DNA from: Alkalispirochaeta sp.
GTDB taxonomy: Bacteria > Spirochaetota > Spirochaetia > DSM-27196 > Alkalispirochaetaceae
Assembly (NCBI GenBank): GCA_965601925.1
Contig: OZ271854.1
Span: 2,880,001 to 2,944,000, forward strand
Direction: 5' to 3'
DNA: 64,000 nucleotides
Part shown: positions 48,408 through 57,868 of the stretch, in pieces
Numbering within the stretch: position 1 is the stretch's first letter
Layout: every line of letters starts with the position of its first letter
Program-made: the position numbers and the translations under genes
Notes under the pieces: model-generated
What the model was told of the DNA's origin: nothing
Database searches by the model: none
The model's input: the letters and a program-made list of their open reading frames with translations, nothing else

Positions 48408-49196
48408 TTAAAGGCGTCGTTCCGCGACTATCGGCGCATTGAGAGTAGGCTCTGCGGTGCGTACGAGAGAGACGCGATTCAGCTCCTCGTGATATCGACG
48501 CCAATCCGGTAGAAGCTCATCCATCAACCGATAGAATCGTGCATTGTGGCTGCGCTCCAAGAGGTGCACGATCTCGTGAACGAGGACGTATTCGAGACAC
48601 GGAACGGGGCGTTTCGCCAACTCAAGGTTGAGCCAAATACGCTGCTCGCCGACGTTGCACGTGCCCCAGCGCGTCTTCATCCGCTTGATGCGGACCTCGG
48701 CGACGGTCACCCCCGCCCGACGTTCCCACGTGGCGACCATGTCCGGTAGTATCGTGCGGAGCCGCCCTCGATACCACTCGTTGAGTATCGCCTCGCGCTT
48801 GTCCCGATCGGTCCCGGGCCGTATGCAAAGCTCCAACACGTCATCGTCTCGTAGCCGAATCTCAGGCGTCGCCGCCCGCTCGACCACTGCCAGCGTGTAG
48901 GCGCGCCCCCCTACGTAGTGGCGTTCGCCGTCGAGGAGAGAGTGTCGCTCTTGATATGTGAGTCCGCGGAGGCGTCGGCGGTGACGACGTATCCACGCGA
49001 TGCGCGAGGAGACGGCACGGCGAATCTCCGTCGTTGTGGTACGCAGCGGCGCCGATACTCGCACGTCGCCGTCGGGCGGATACACGCGTACGTGTACGTG
49101 TTTGATGCGTTTGCGCACGACGCTGACCGAGATGTCGTCAACCACAATGCGGTCGGATCGCGCCGCCCCGGAGTCCGTCGAAAAGAGACACCCCAT
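48408..49196 (-). CDS. YgjP/DUF45-like metal-dependent hydrolase (M48-related)
   Basis: VRVSAP, MKTRWGTC, EYVLVHEIVHL...HNARF. Confidence 0.9.
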   Translation of the reverse strand: MGCLFSTDSGAARSDRIVVDDISVSVVRKRIKHVHVRVYPPDGDVRVSAPLRTTTTEIRRAVSSRIAWIRRHRRRLRGLTYQERHSLLDGERHYVGGRAYTLAVVERAATPEIRLRDDDVLELCIRPGTDRDKREAILNEWYRGRLRTILPDMVATWERRAGVTVAEVRIKRMKTRWGTCNVGEQRIWLNLELAKRPVPCLEYVLVHEIVHLLERSHNARFYRLMDELLPDWRRYHEELNRVSLVRTAEPTLNAPIVAERRL

Positions 49197-49282
49197 GCGC
49201 TACCGTGACGCCGTTCGCGCTCGTCGCCCCTCACGGCGAAGGGGGAGGTATTGGGGCGCGCCCTCGGGACGTCGAATCACGC

Positions 49283-50242
49283 TCAACGGTGAGAACGCGC
49301 CTGTACGGCATCCGCGACGAGGCGTCGGACGACATCCTCTCCACTCGTCGGGCGTACGCCGAAACGCGTTTCGAATCGCGTAGAGTTGAAATGATACGGG
49401 CGATCGTACTGGTAGAACATCTCCGATAACTCACGCAGGTCGGCGGAAAACAGTCCCAGCAATCGGAGCGCCCCGCGGGAGAGGGTTGCGGCCTTTCGAT
49501 TTGCCGGGATTTGGACGCCGGCCGCCGTGAGCTCACGGGCGACGAGATCGATCCAGTCGTCGAGACTACGCACGGTAGCATCGGTCGGAAGGTGCCACAC
49601 TTCGCCGAACGCGGCGGGCGTCGTGCCGATCTCTGCGGTGGCGCGCCCCGCGTCGACGACGTCTATGAAGCTATGCTCGACGTCGGTACGTCCGAGCCAC
49701 TGCGGGCGCTTGCCGGCGACGAGGCGCTCCACGACGAGGATACGCAAGACGCTGTTGGCGCCGTTGGCAAAATCGGGGGCGCGGGCAACGGCGATCGGCA
49801 CGCCGCCCTCCTTCGACAACTCGCGCTCGAGGAGGCGCCAGATCCGCTCGCGGACGCGCCCTTTTCGACTGTGCGGCCCGATCGGGCTCTCTTCGGTCAG
49901 GTTGCCGACCGCCGACGGGTTATAGAGATACACGTTATCGAAGAAAACGAGCCGGGCGCCCTCGCCGCGACACGCATCGATCGTCGACTCCATGAACGGC
50001 GTCCACAACCGTTCCCACACCTCGGCGCGGTAGGGAAATCCGACCGTCACGTATACGACCTCGGACCCCGCGACCGCCTCGGCAACCGTCCCCGGATCGC
50101 CTAAATCGGCGGGCACCAACTCCTCGGTGCCGACGACCGGTTTCGGATTGCGGCTCACTAAGCGCACGGATAGTCCCTTTTCGGCCAAGGATCGCGCCGT
50201 CTCAATCCCAATGGATCCGCCGGAACCGAGTATTGTATGCAT
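49283..50242 (-). CDS. NAD-dependent epimerase/dehydratase family (atypical SDR)
   Basis: ILGSGGSIG, FFDNVYLY, KGRVR, ARAPDF. Confidence 0.88.
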   Translation of the reverse strand: MHTILGSGGSIGIETARSLAEKGLSVRLVSRNPKPVVGTEELVPADLGDPGTVAEAVAGSEVVYVTVGFPYRAEVWERLWTPFMESTIDACRGEGARLVFFDNVYLYNPSAVGNLTEESPIGPHSRKGRVRERIWRLLERELSKEGGVPIAVARAPDFANGANSVLRILVVERLVAGKRPQWLGRTDVEHSFIDVVDAGRATAEIGTTPAAFGEVWHLPTDATVRSLDDWIDLVARELTAAGVQIPANRKAATLSRGALRLLGLFSADLRELSEMFYQYDRPYHFNSTRFETRFGVRPTSGEDVVRRLVADAVQARSHR

Positions 50243-50299
50243 GACGCCTCCGTCCTATTCTGATTTCACGGCCCGTGCCGACGGCCGGTTCTCGATCGT

Positions 50300-50938
50300 C
50301 TACTCTATCACGGTCTCCAGTGACGTGTTTGTCTTCCGTCCCCGCCGCCACCAGCGAATCCATATCCCCAAGAGCGCGATATCAACGGCGAATCCGAAAA
50401 TCGTCATCGGTATTCCGTGGTGCGCCGGATCCCAGTAGCTGACCGGCGCCTGTATCCGAAGGGTCCAGTCGAAGGGGAAGAGAATGAGCGGCCCGTCGTG
50501 GTAGTGCGTCGGCACGTCGATCGCGGTATGGAGGAGGGTGCTGATACCGAACCATCGGAGCGCTACCGCCGCTCGTTGAGCTCCCGCTTCAGTGTTTAAT
50601 CGTCGCAGAAGTTCGGCCGCACCGATAAAGAGCAGCGAGATCGCAGGGGCGTGAAAGAGGCTGTGGCCCACGATCCAAAGCGGATCATTGAAGTATAGGA
50701 GATCGTACTCGGGACCGAATCCGAAACCGTAACGCACCCAGTACCAGAGCGTGAGAACAAACAACGGCAGATCCGGGGCGATCGCCCCGACAAGTGCCGC
50801 ATATGTCGCCGTGCGAGACATTCGATACCGACGGTCTCCCGCACCATCGCTCCGGTCCGTTCTATCCCGCCCGGAACGACGCAGCGACCAGGTACGCGCG
50901 ACGGTGGTATTAATCAGCGCATGCGTCCAGGTATTCAC
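50300..50938 (-). CDS. membrane metal-dependent hydrolase (YdjM/DUF4184-like)
   Basis: THAL, APDLP, HSLFH, LHTAIDVPTH...FPF. Confidence 0.7.
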   Translation of the reverse strand: MNTWTHALINTTVARTWSLRRSGRDRTDRSDGAGDRRYRMSRTATYAALVGAIAPDLPLFVLTLWYWVRYGFGFGPEYDLLYFNDPLWIVGHSLFHAPAISLLFIGAAELLRRLNTEAGAQRAAVALRWFGISTLLHTAIDVPTHYHDGPLILFPFDWTLRIQAPVSYWDPAHHGIPMTIFGFAVDIALLGIWIRWWRRGRKTNTSLETVIE

Positions 50939-51100
50939 GTTTCCTAAAATAAGGGTCGAACGCCTCCGGAGACGAGCTCCGATCGCTCATGCGTTCGTCA
51001 ATGCTCTGTTGCGATAGCTTTTTGGACAAAGTGTACCTGGACATCACAGTCCCCAACTCCGAATGTTCTTGTCTCGCTTGTTCCGGGGAAGTTCCATTCT

Positions 51101-52279
51101 TCATGTCCCGGAACCGTTCCGTGCGATTTCCGAGACGATTTCGGTGAATGCGTCGACAAAGCTCAATAGCTCATCATCGGTTATCGTCAACGGTGGGTCG
51201 ACACGGAGAAATCCTCCGCGATTCCCGACGATGAAGCCACGACCAATCAGCTCGGTGTAGATTCGATTCGCGGTCGCGGAGTCTCGGAGGTCGATCGCGA
51301 TCATCAATCCTCGACCGCGGACGTCGAGCACGGTAGAGTGATCCACCGACTCTCGGAGACGACGGAGTAGCTCCGATCCTTTTCGCGCCGCATCGGCAAC
51401 TAGCTGCCGTTTCTCGATGACGTTGATGACTTTCCGTACGATAGAAGCGCCCAGCGGATCATTTTGGTGCGACTGTGAGTAGTGAAACGCGGTATCGCGC
51501 AGCTCTGCGGCCGTGCCGGGGGCAATGACGGCGACGCTGACCGGATAGCCGTTTCCGATGCCTTTGCCCACCGCAATCATGTCCGGTTCGATCCCGTAGT
51601 GCTGATAGCCGAACCACCGGCCGGTCCTTCCGGTCCCGGTAGTGACCTCGTTCGCTATTATCTTACCACCGTTGGCCCGCACCGTATCGACGATACGCGT
51701 GACCAAGGATTCGGGAGGGAATCGCACGTAACCCGATGAGCTTCCGGGTTCGAGGATGAAGTCCGATACGGTGTCCGGAATCGACTCGACAAGCAGATCC
51801 TCCTCCGCCGAGGTGATCTCGGATCCTTCGGGTGCGGCTCCGATCCAGTCCAACGTGCACCAACCGACACGCCGATCGCTTACCGAGCTATATGCCCCGA
51901 GATACGAGTCGCGTAGCGTCAGAGATGTCTCGAATCCCGTTAGGTGCCGCGCGATCTGGCGCGAAATCTCGATGGCCTCGCTGCCGGAGCACAGAAAAAC
52001 GCATTTTCCTCCACGCATATCGACGAGGTCGAGCAATCGTTTTGCCGCCGAGTTCACGATGGGACTCGAGTAGGCGAATCCGGCGTGTACAAGCTCGCCC
52101 CATTGCCGGAATGCAGCTTCACGCACGTCGGAGTTGTTGTGGCCGACGGATGTACACCAGACACCGGACTCGAGATCCAGATAGCGCGTGCCGCGCCCGT
52201 CGACAATATACGCGCCGTCCGAACCGACGATGTCGGGCAGTCTCAACTCGTGTCCGGTACTGTTGTAAACGTGTCGCAT
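51101..52279 (-). CDS. class III PLP-dependent aminotransferase
   Basis: YLDLESG...VGH, SGSEAIE, EVTTGTGRTG, PDMIAVGKG, RGRGLM. Confidence 0.9.
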   Translation of the reverse strand: MRHVYNSTGHELRLPDIVGSDGAYIVDGRGTRYLDLESGVWCTSVGHNNSDVREAAFRQWGELVHAGFAYSSPIVNSAAKRLLDLVDMRGGKCVFLCSGSEAIEISRQIARHLTGFETSLTLRDSYLGAYSSVSDRRVGWCTLDWIGAAPEGSEITSAEEDLLVESIPDTVSDFILEPGSSSGYVRFPPESLVTRIVDTVRANGGKIIANEVTTGTGRTGRWFGYQHYGIEPDMIAVGKGIGNGYPVSVAVIAPGTAAELRDTAFHYSQSHQNDPLGASIVRKVINVIEKRQLVADAARKGSELLRRLRESVDHSTVLDVRGRGLMIAIDLRDSATANRIYTELIGRGFIVGNRGGFLRVDPPLTITDDELLSFVDAFTEIVSEIARNGSGT

Positions 52280-52430
52280 ACGTCAAAAGGTATCAGCGCG
52301 TTGCCCTCGTGGGAATCGTTACATACGAGCAAGGCGGCCCATGTAGCGTGAAGCGATCCCACACTGCACCGAATCGTGCCGGTGCGGTACCTCCATTCCG
52401 AGAACTAAACACTCTCACGGATACGCGAAA

Positions 52431-52656
52431 GGGATTGAAGGGGGCGCGCGGCGCGTCTCGCGAAGCGAGACCGGAGCGAAGCGGAGCCCCGAAAAGCCCG
52501 ATCCCCGCCACCAACCCATTCTCCGGGGAGGGCTCTCCTCTCTTTTCACGCTGCGGCGGTGGGAGCGTGAAGGGCGTCGACTTCGGGCGTTCGGCCTGCT
52601 GAGCCGGCACACACGCGGCCTCCGCCGCCCGATGAAACGGAGGCGGGGATTCGCCC
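52431..52656 (+). ncRNA. structured intergenic element, Flavo-1-like architecture
   Basis: GGGATTGAAG...GAAAAGCCCG, then ATCCCCGCC...GGCGGGGAT-TCGCCC, with internal GNA/UUCG-type hairpins; family assignment is from memory. Confidence 0.5.
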
Positions 52657-52711
52657 ATGCCGCTGCGACCCTCGATCCGCCGTTTCTTTCTTTATTTAAA
52701 TTCGTTTTTGT

Positions 52712-52737
52712 ATTAAAATACAATATTGTATTTTAAT
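52712..52737. promoter_or_regulatory. 26-bp perfect palindrome, candidate TetR operator
   Basis: ATTAAAATACAAT/ATTGTATTTTAAT in the AT-rich promoter of a membrane protein-TetR pair. Confidence 0.7.
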
Positions 52738-52767
52738 TTTATTGCGTATATATTAATGGCAAGGAGT

Positions 52768-53490
52768 ATGATGATGCAAGCACTACGAGAGCGACTCGGG
52801 GCAAGACCCGTGGGAACGGTCCTAATCGTTGAGAGTCTATTACTATTCGTGCCCGTGGCTATCCTCGGCGCTGCAATCGACTGGCCCGCAAGTCTCTCCC
52901 GACCTGCGGGCGTCGTACTGCCGCTGATCGCGACGCGTGCGGGGGCGGTTACCGCGGGCTACTTCAGCTATTTGGTATACTCAATCCTCTTTTTCCCCAT
53001 GGCGTATCTATTAAGCGCCTACGTCGAAGGTGGGCGCATCGAGAGCGCCGCAGGAAGGATCGCCGTCGGCTTTGCCGCGTTGTCGACCCTCGCGCGTTCA
53101 ATCGGCATCGTACGCTGGCTGACGGCGATGCCCATACTCGCCGGGCGGTGGGTGGAGAGCCCCGGTCGCGACATCGAGATCGCCTACGAAACGCTCAACT
53201 CATTTGCCGGCGGCCTCGGGGAATCAGTAGGCGTGGGACTTTTTGCGGGGATGTGGGCCGCCGTTGCCGCCGTCACCATCCTGCGGCGGCGCACGCTCCC
53301 CACCTGGATCGGGTGGTTCGGTGTCGTAAGCGCGGTTGCGGTCGCCGTACCGATCATCGAGTTTTTCGGCGTGGAGCTCGGTGGTCTGATCAGCGTCACC
53401 ACGTCGGTCGTGCACGTGTGGTGGCTATGCACCGGCGTGACCCTTATCGTGATACGCGACCCGTCGGAGGCTGCGAAGGCGACGGCGTGA
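52768..53490 (+). CDS. DUF4386-like membrane protein
   Basis: LGAAIDWPASL, IGIVRWL, GESVG; about 6 TM; exact start uncertain. Confidence 0.7.
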   Translation: MMMQALRERLGARPVGTVLIVESLLLFVPVAILGAAIDWPASLSRPAGVVLPLIATRAGAVTAGYFSYLVYSILFFPMAYLLSAYVEGGRIESAAGRIAVGFAALSTLARSIGIVRWLTAMPILAGRWVESPGRDIEIAYETLNSFAGGLGESVGVGLFAGMWAAVAAVTILRRRTLPTWIGWFGVVSAVAVAVPIIEFFGVELGGLISVTTSVVHVWWLCTGVTLIVIRDPSEAAKATA

Positions 53491-53562
53491 ACCGTCGTGT
53501 GCGGGGCGGCTCGGAGTCGCCCACGCCTTTGCCTTCCGGCTACAATAGTGAATACTCATGCG

Positions 53563-54210
53563 ATGGAACCTCTCCCCAAACGCCCGCGGCGCCTGTCGCG
53601 AGAGGAAAAAAAAGCGCAGACGCGGGAACGGTTGATAGCGGCCGCCCAAGAACTCTTCGCCCGCAAAGGATTCGACGGTACCGCCGTGGATGAGATCGCC
53701 GAACTCGCGGGGTACTCCCGCGGCGCGTTTTACTCCAACTTCGCCAACAAGATCGAACTCATGCTGGCTCTGATCGAGGAAGGGTTTGACTCCGACCTCG
53801 AAGGTATCCGGCGGCTGGAGGCGCTCCGGGGAACCGATACGCTTGCGGCGGGCTATCAAGAGGCGGGCCGCGCCTTCTATGAGCGGCCCACCAACCTGCT
53901 TTGGATGCTCGAGTTCCAGTTGTCGGTTGTGCGCCACCCCGAGCTCCGGCCCGCGTACGCAGACCAACACCGCAAGCTGCGCGACGGCGTTAAGCGGCTG
54001 GTGGTGCAGCACCTTACCCGCCAAGGGCATCACGATCCCGAACGATACGGCGAGTATGCCGATCTGCTTTTGACAACTCTCACCGGGTTGAGCCTCATGA
54101 AGTTGGTCTACGGCGACGAGATCGATCCGGATCTGTTCGGCCGTGTATTCAAGACGGTCATTCGCGGTATCGAGGCCGAGGGCGACGGAGGGCCGGATGG
54201 GCGCACGTGA
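53563..54210 (+). CDS. TetR/AcrR family regulator
   Basis: TRERLIAAAQELF...GTAVDEIAELAGYSRGAFYSNFANK. Confidence 0.93.
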   Translation: MEPLPKRPRRLSREEKKAQTRERLIAAAQELFARKGFDGTAVDEIAELAGYSRGAFYSNFANKIELMLALIEEGFDSDLEGIRRLEALRGTDTLAAGYQEAGRAFYERPTNLLWMLEFQLSVVRHPELRPAYADQHRKLRDGVKRLVVQHLTRQGHHDPERYGEYADLLLTTLTGLSLMKLVYGDEIDPDLFGRVFKTVIRGIEAEGDGGPDGRT

Positions 54211-55762
54211 GGATCGATTTCGCGGCTCGTGGTGTAAGGCGTTCGGTATCTACTACGTCGTGCTCCTTCTCGGTATCGGCGCCGGTACACTCTTCGACGG
54301 CGCGTTCGTGTTGCCGCTTGTCGAGATCGATGCCGCGCTGACGATTCGACAGCTCGATCGCCCCGTCCTGATCCTGCTTCGGAGCGCCGGGTTTATGGTC
54401 GTTCCAATCCTCGCCGTTCTGGGATTCTTCGTCGCCTACCTGCGTCCGATCTTCGCCTTCTTGGCACGTCCCCGCGACCCGATACCGCGCCGTGTCCTTT
54501 CGCGCGTCATCCGTGCGCCGCAGGCCTCCGGGATCGCAGCGTTTGTCGGATGGATGGCTGCGTTTGCCTTCATCACCGTCATCGACATGTTTAAGCTCGC
54601 ATTTCCCGTACCCGGAGAGCGGATCGCATACGTGCTCACGACATTCGTCGCCATGCTGGCCACGGCGATCATGAGTTTCATGACGATCTACCTAAGCTGC
54701 GACTACCTCAACCGACGGGTGATGATTCCGCTCTTCTTTCCCGAGGGACGGGTCGCGAGCCTCGGACTGGTTCGCCCGATGACCTTCGCCGCCAAGCTCT
54801 TCATCCTCTGGCTCGCGGTGAGTGTGTATCCCCTCGTCGTCCTCGGCGCCGGCTATTACCCGCGTGGAGCGGCGACAGGCATCGAGGGACGCGCATGGAT
54901 ATTCATTCTGTGGATGATTCCGATCGGCGCCCTTCTGGTGCGATCGACGGCGCAGAGTTTTCAACGACCCGTTCGCGCGCTGTTGGCCGCTACCGGTGCC
55001 ATCGAGCGCGGACACTACGACATCGACATACGCTCCGACCACAACGACGAGTTAGGCCACCTCATCGATCGTACCCTCCAGGTCGCGCGCAGCTTGGAAG
55101 AAAAGCGCATCATGACCGAGACGTTCGGAAAAGTCGTGGACCCTCGCGTTCGCGATCACCTCTTGAGCGGCAACATCGCTCTGGGCGGCGCACGGCACCA
55201 CGCAGCGGTGCTCTTTTGCGACATCAGAGGATTCACCAGCTATTCGGAGAAGCGGAGCGAAGAGGCGGTCGTCTCGGCGCTGAACGAGCACCTCGCGGCG
55301 ATGGAGCGCTGCGTCCAGGCACACGACGGCATGATTAACAAGTTCTTCGGCGACGGCTTGTTGGCGCTCTTCGGCGTGCCGGTCGCCTCGCGCAACCCCG
55401 CCGGCGAGGCGTACGACGCGGCGATTGAGATGCTGGCCGTAAACAAGCGGTTGAACGCGGCGCGGATCGGTCGCGGCGAGGCGCCGTGGCGTCTGGGGAT
55501 CGGCTTGCACTACGGGCCGGTTTTAGCGGGCAACGTCGGCTCGCCCACGCGCATGGAGTACACGGTAATCGGCGATACGGTCAATCTTGCCGCACGAATC
55601 CAGGAGTACTCCAAACGTGTGCCGGGTCAGCTGTTTTTTACCCGGGCGATACACGAGAAACTCGAAGACGCGTCTCGCCTTGCCGCCTTGATCGGGTCGG
55701 TGACGGTGCGCGGTCGCGACGAGGCGGTGGAACTGTACGCCTACCGCGACGGCGAGAACTGA
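54197..55762 (+). CDS. membrane class III adenylate/guanylate cyclase with HAMP domain
   Basis: About 6 TM, DELG HAMP motif, FCDIRGFT, KFFGDG, YTVIGDTVNLAARI. Confidence 0.92.
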   Translation: MGAREDRFRGSWCKAFGIYYVVLLLGIGAGTLFDGAFVLPLVEIDAALTIRQLDRPVLILLRSAGFMVVPILAVLGFFVAYLRPIFAFLARPRDPIPRRVLSRVIRAPQASGIAAFVGWMAAFAFITVIDMFKLAFPVPGERIAYVLTTFVAMLATAIMSFMTIYLSCDYLNRRVMIPLFFPEGRVASLGLVRPMTFAAKLFILWLAVSVYPLVVLGAGYYPRGAATGIEGRAWIFILWMIPIGALLVRSTAQSFQRPVRALLAATGAIERGHYDIDIRSDHNDELGHLIDRTLQVARSLEEKRIMTETFGKVVDPRVRDHLLSGNIALGGARHHAAVLFCDIRGFTSYSEKRSEEAVVSALNEHLAAMERCVQAHDGMINKFFGDGLLALFGVPVASRNPAGEAYDAAIEMLAVNKRLNAARIGRGEAPWRLGIGLHYGPVLAGNVGSPTRMEYTVIGDTVNLAARIQEYSKRVPGQLFFTRAIHEKLEDASRLAALIGSVTVRGRDEAVELYAYRDGEN

Positions 55763-55863
55763 ACCGGGCGACGGGGATACCGCGCCGACGCTTCAGTAGT
55801 CGTTACCACCGTACCTCTTAGTATCTTGTAACGACATCCATCCATATACATAGGAGCGCGACG

Positions 55864-56904
55864 ATGGAATACAGACAGCTCGGACGGTCCGGCTTCAAGG
55901 TGCCGGCACTTACCTTCGGAACCGGTACATTCGGCGGCAACAACGAGTTTTTTAAAGCGTGGGGCGGCAACGGAGTCGAGGCGGCCACGCGGCAGGTAGA
56001 CCTCTGCCTCGACGCGGGAGTGAACATGTTCGACTCCGCCGACATCTACTCCGCCGGAATGGCCGAGGAGATCTTGGGACAAGCGATCAGGGGGCGACGC
56101 GACAAAGTGCTCATTAGCACCAAGGCCACCTTCCGCCTCGGTGACGGACCCAACGACGTCGGTTCCTCGCGCTTCCACCTGATCCGGGCGGTCGAAGGCT
56201 CCTTGAAGCGCCTCGACACCGATTACATCGACCTCTTCCAGCTCCACGCCTTCGACGGCGTTACCCCGGTAGAGGAGGTGCTTTCGACATTGGACGATTT
56301 AGTCAGGGCCGGTAAGATCCGCTACATCGGGGTATCGAACTTTTCCGGCTGGCACCTCATGAAGTCCCTCTCCGTCTCGGAACGCTACGGCTGGAACCGC
56401 TACGTCGCGCACCAAGCCTACTACTCCCTGATCGGGCGCGACTACGAGTGGGAACTGATGCCCTTGGGCCTAGACCAAGGTGTCGGTTGCGTGGTGTGGA
56501 GCCCATTGGGATGGGGTCGTCTGACCGGCAAAATTCGTCGCGGCCAACCACTACCGGAGACCAGCCGTTTGCACAAAACCGCTTCGGCCGGCCCGCCGGT
56601 GGACGACGAGTATCTCTACCGCGTGGTGGATGCATTGGACGCCGTCGCCGAAGAGACCGGCAAAAGCGTGCCGCAAGTTGCGATCAACTGGTTGCTGCAG
56701 CGTCCCGGCGTGTCGACCGTCATTATCGGCGCGCGCAATGAGGCCCAGTTACGGGAAAATCTGGGTGCAATCGGGTGGAACTTGACCGCCGAACACGTTA
56801 CCGGGCTTGATCGTGCGAGCATGCCGACCATGCCGTACCCGTACTGGCACCAGTCGAGTTTCGGCGAGCGCAACCCCTTTCCGACCCTGGCGCGTGCGAC
56901 GTAA
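55864..56904 (+). CDS. aldo/keto reductase
   Basis: MEYRQLGRSG, FDSADIY, STKA, SLKRLDTDYID, WSPLG. Confidence 0.93.
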   Translation: MEYRQLGRSGFKVPALTFGTGTFGGNNEFFKAWGGNGVEAATRQVDLCLDAGVNMFDSADIYSAGMAEEILGQAIRGRRDKVLISTKATFRLGDGPNDVGSSRFHLIRAVEGSLKRLDTDYIDLFQLHAFDGVTPVEEVLSTLDDLVRAGKIRYIGVSNFSGWHLMKSLSVSERYGWNRYVAHQAYYSLIGRDYEWELMPLGLDQGVGCVVWSPLGWGRLTGKIRRGQPLPETSRLHKTASAGPPVDDEYLYRVVDALDAVAEETGKSVPQVAINWLLQRPGVSTVIIGARNEAQLRENLGAIGWNLTAEHVTGLDRASMPTMPYPYWHQSSFGERNPFPTLARAT

Positions 56905-56927
56905 GAGGCGACCGGCGTCGCCGACCG

Positions 56928-57713
56928 TCAGTCGACCTCCTGCATTCGCCGAACCTGTCTCAACAACGCGCGCTTCGGCATGATCGGGAGGGTGGCCATC
57001 ATCGCACGTTGCATAAACGTGACGCCGGAGACTACGTTCAGTGTTCCGCGCAACATCGCACTGTATCCGTCCTCCGCGACCGTCCGCGCCCCTGCGGTCT
57101 TGGCAAACAGGCCCGTCCGGTCCATACCGGAGGTCGCGGCGAACTCCGACTCGGTCGCTCCGGGCAACAGCGCGGTTACCGTCACCTCGGTGTCATGCAA
57201 CTCCTCGGCAATTGCGTTGCTGAACGATGTGACGTACGCCTTGGTCGCGTAGTACACCGCCTGCAACGGGCCCGGTAACAAGCCGGCGGTGGATGAGACG
57301 TTTAGGATCCGGCCCGCGTCACGCTCGACAAAGTCCGGCAGGAACAAGCGAGTGAGGGCGGTCAGTGCAACGACGTTCACGTTGAGCATCGCCAGATCAT
57401 CCTCCCACGCCCGCTCGTGAAACTTGCCGCGTCCGCCGAATCCGGCGTTATTTATCAAGTAGTCGACTTGTATACCTGCGTCGGTCACGGCGGCATGGAT
57501 CTCGGCAGCCGCCTCGACCGCGCCCAAGTCTTTGGTGATTACCGTCGCGTGGACGCCATGGGCACGCTCAAGCTCCGTCTTTAGCGCTTGGAGTTTCTCC
57601 TCACGTCGCGCGACGATCACCACGTCGCCGCCGCGTTCCGCGTGGATGCGGGCAAACTCCTTGCCGATACCGCTCGACGCGCCGGTAATCAGTGCTGTTG
57701 TCTTGGTATTCAT
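56928..57713 (-). CDS. short-chain dehydrogenase/reductase
   Basis: TGASSGIG, NNAG, YYATK. Confidence 0.93.
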   Translation of the reverse strand: MNTKTTALITGASSGIGKEFARIHAERGGDVVIVARREEKLQALKTELERAHGVHATVITKDLGAVEAAAEIHAAVTDAGIQVDYLINNAGFGGRGKFHERAWEDDLAMLNVNVVALTALTRLFLPDFVERDAGRILNVSSTAGLLPGPLQAVYYATKAYVTSFSNAIAEELHDTEVTVTALLPGATESEFAATSGMDRTGLFAKTAGARTVAEDGYSAMLRGTLNVVSGVTFMQRAMMATLPIMPKRALLRQVRRMQEVD

Positions 57714-57868
57714 TGCCTACTCCTCCGTTTGCATGAGACCGTACGCTCGATCTCTTGTCGTTAAATGTAGTACATGGTGGGGCGTCGGGCGCTAACCAAG
57801 CGTGCCAATCGATATGCCGATGGTGCCAGACTGTAGTCTGCGCTTCATGCCCACGCGAATGGTATGGG

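Noticed and set aside
50910..51104. 64-aa ORF between the aminotransferase and the membrane hydrolase
   Set aside because: ATGA overlap is suggestive, but there is no recognisable motif and it overlaps the next gene.
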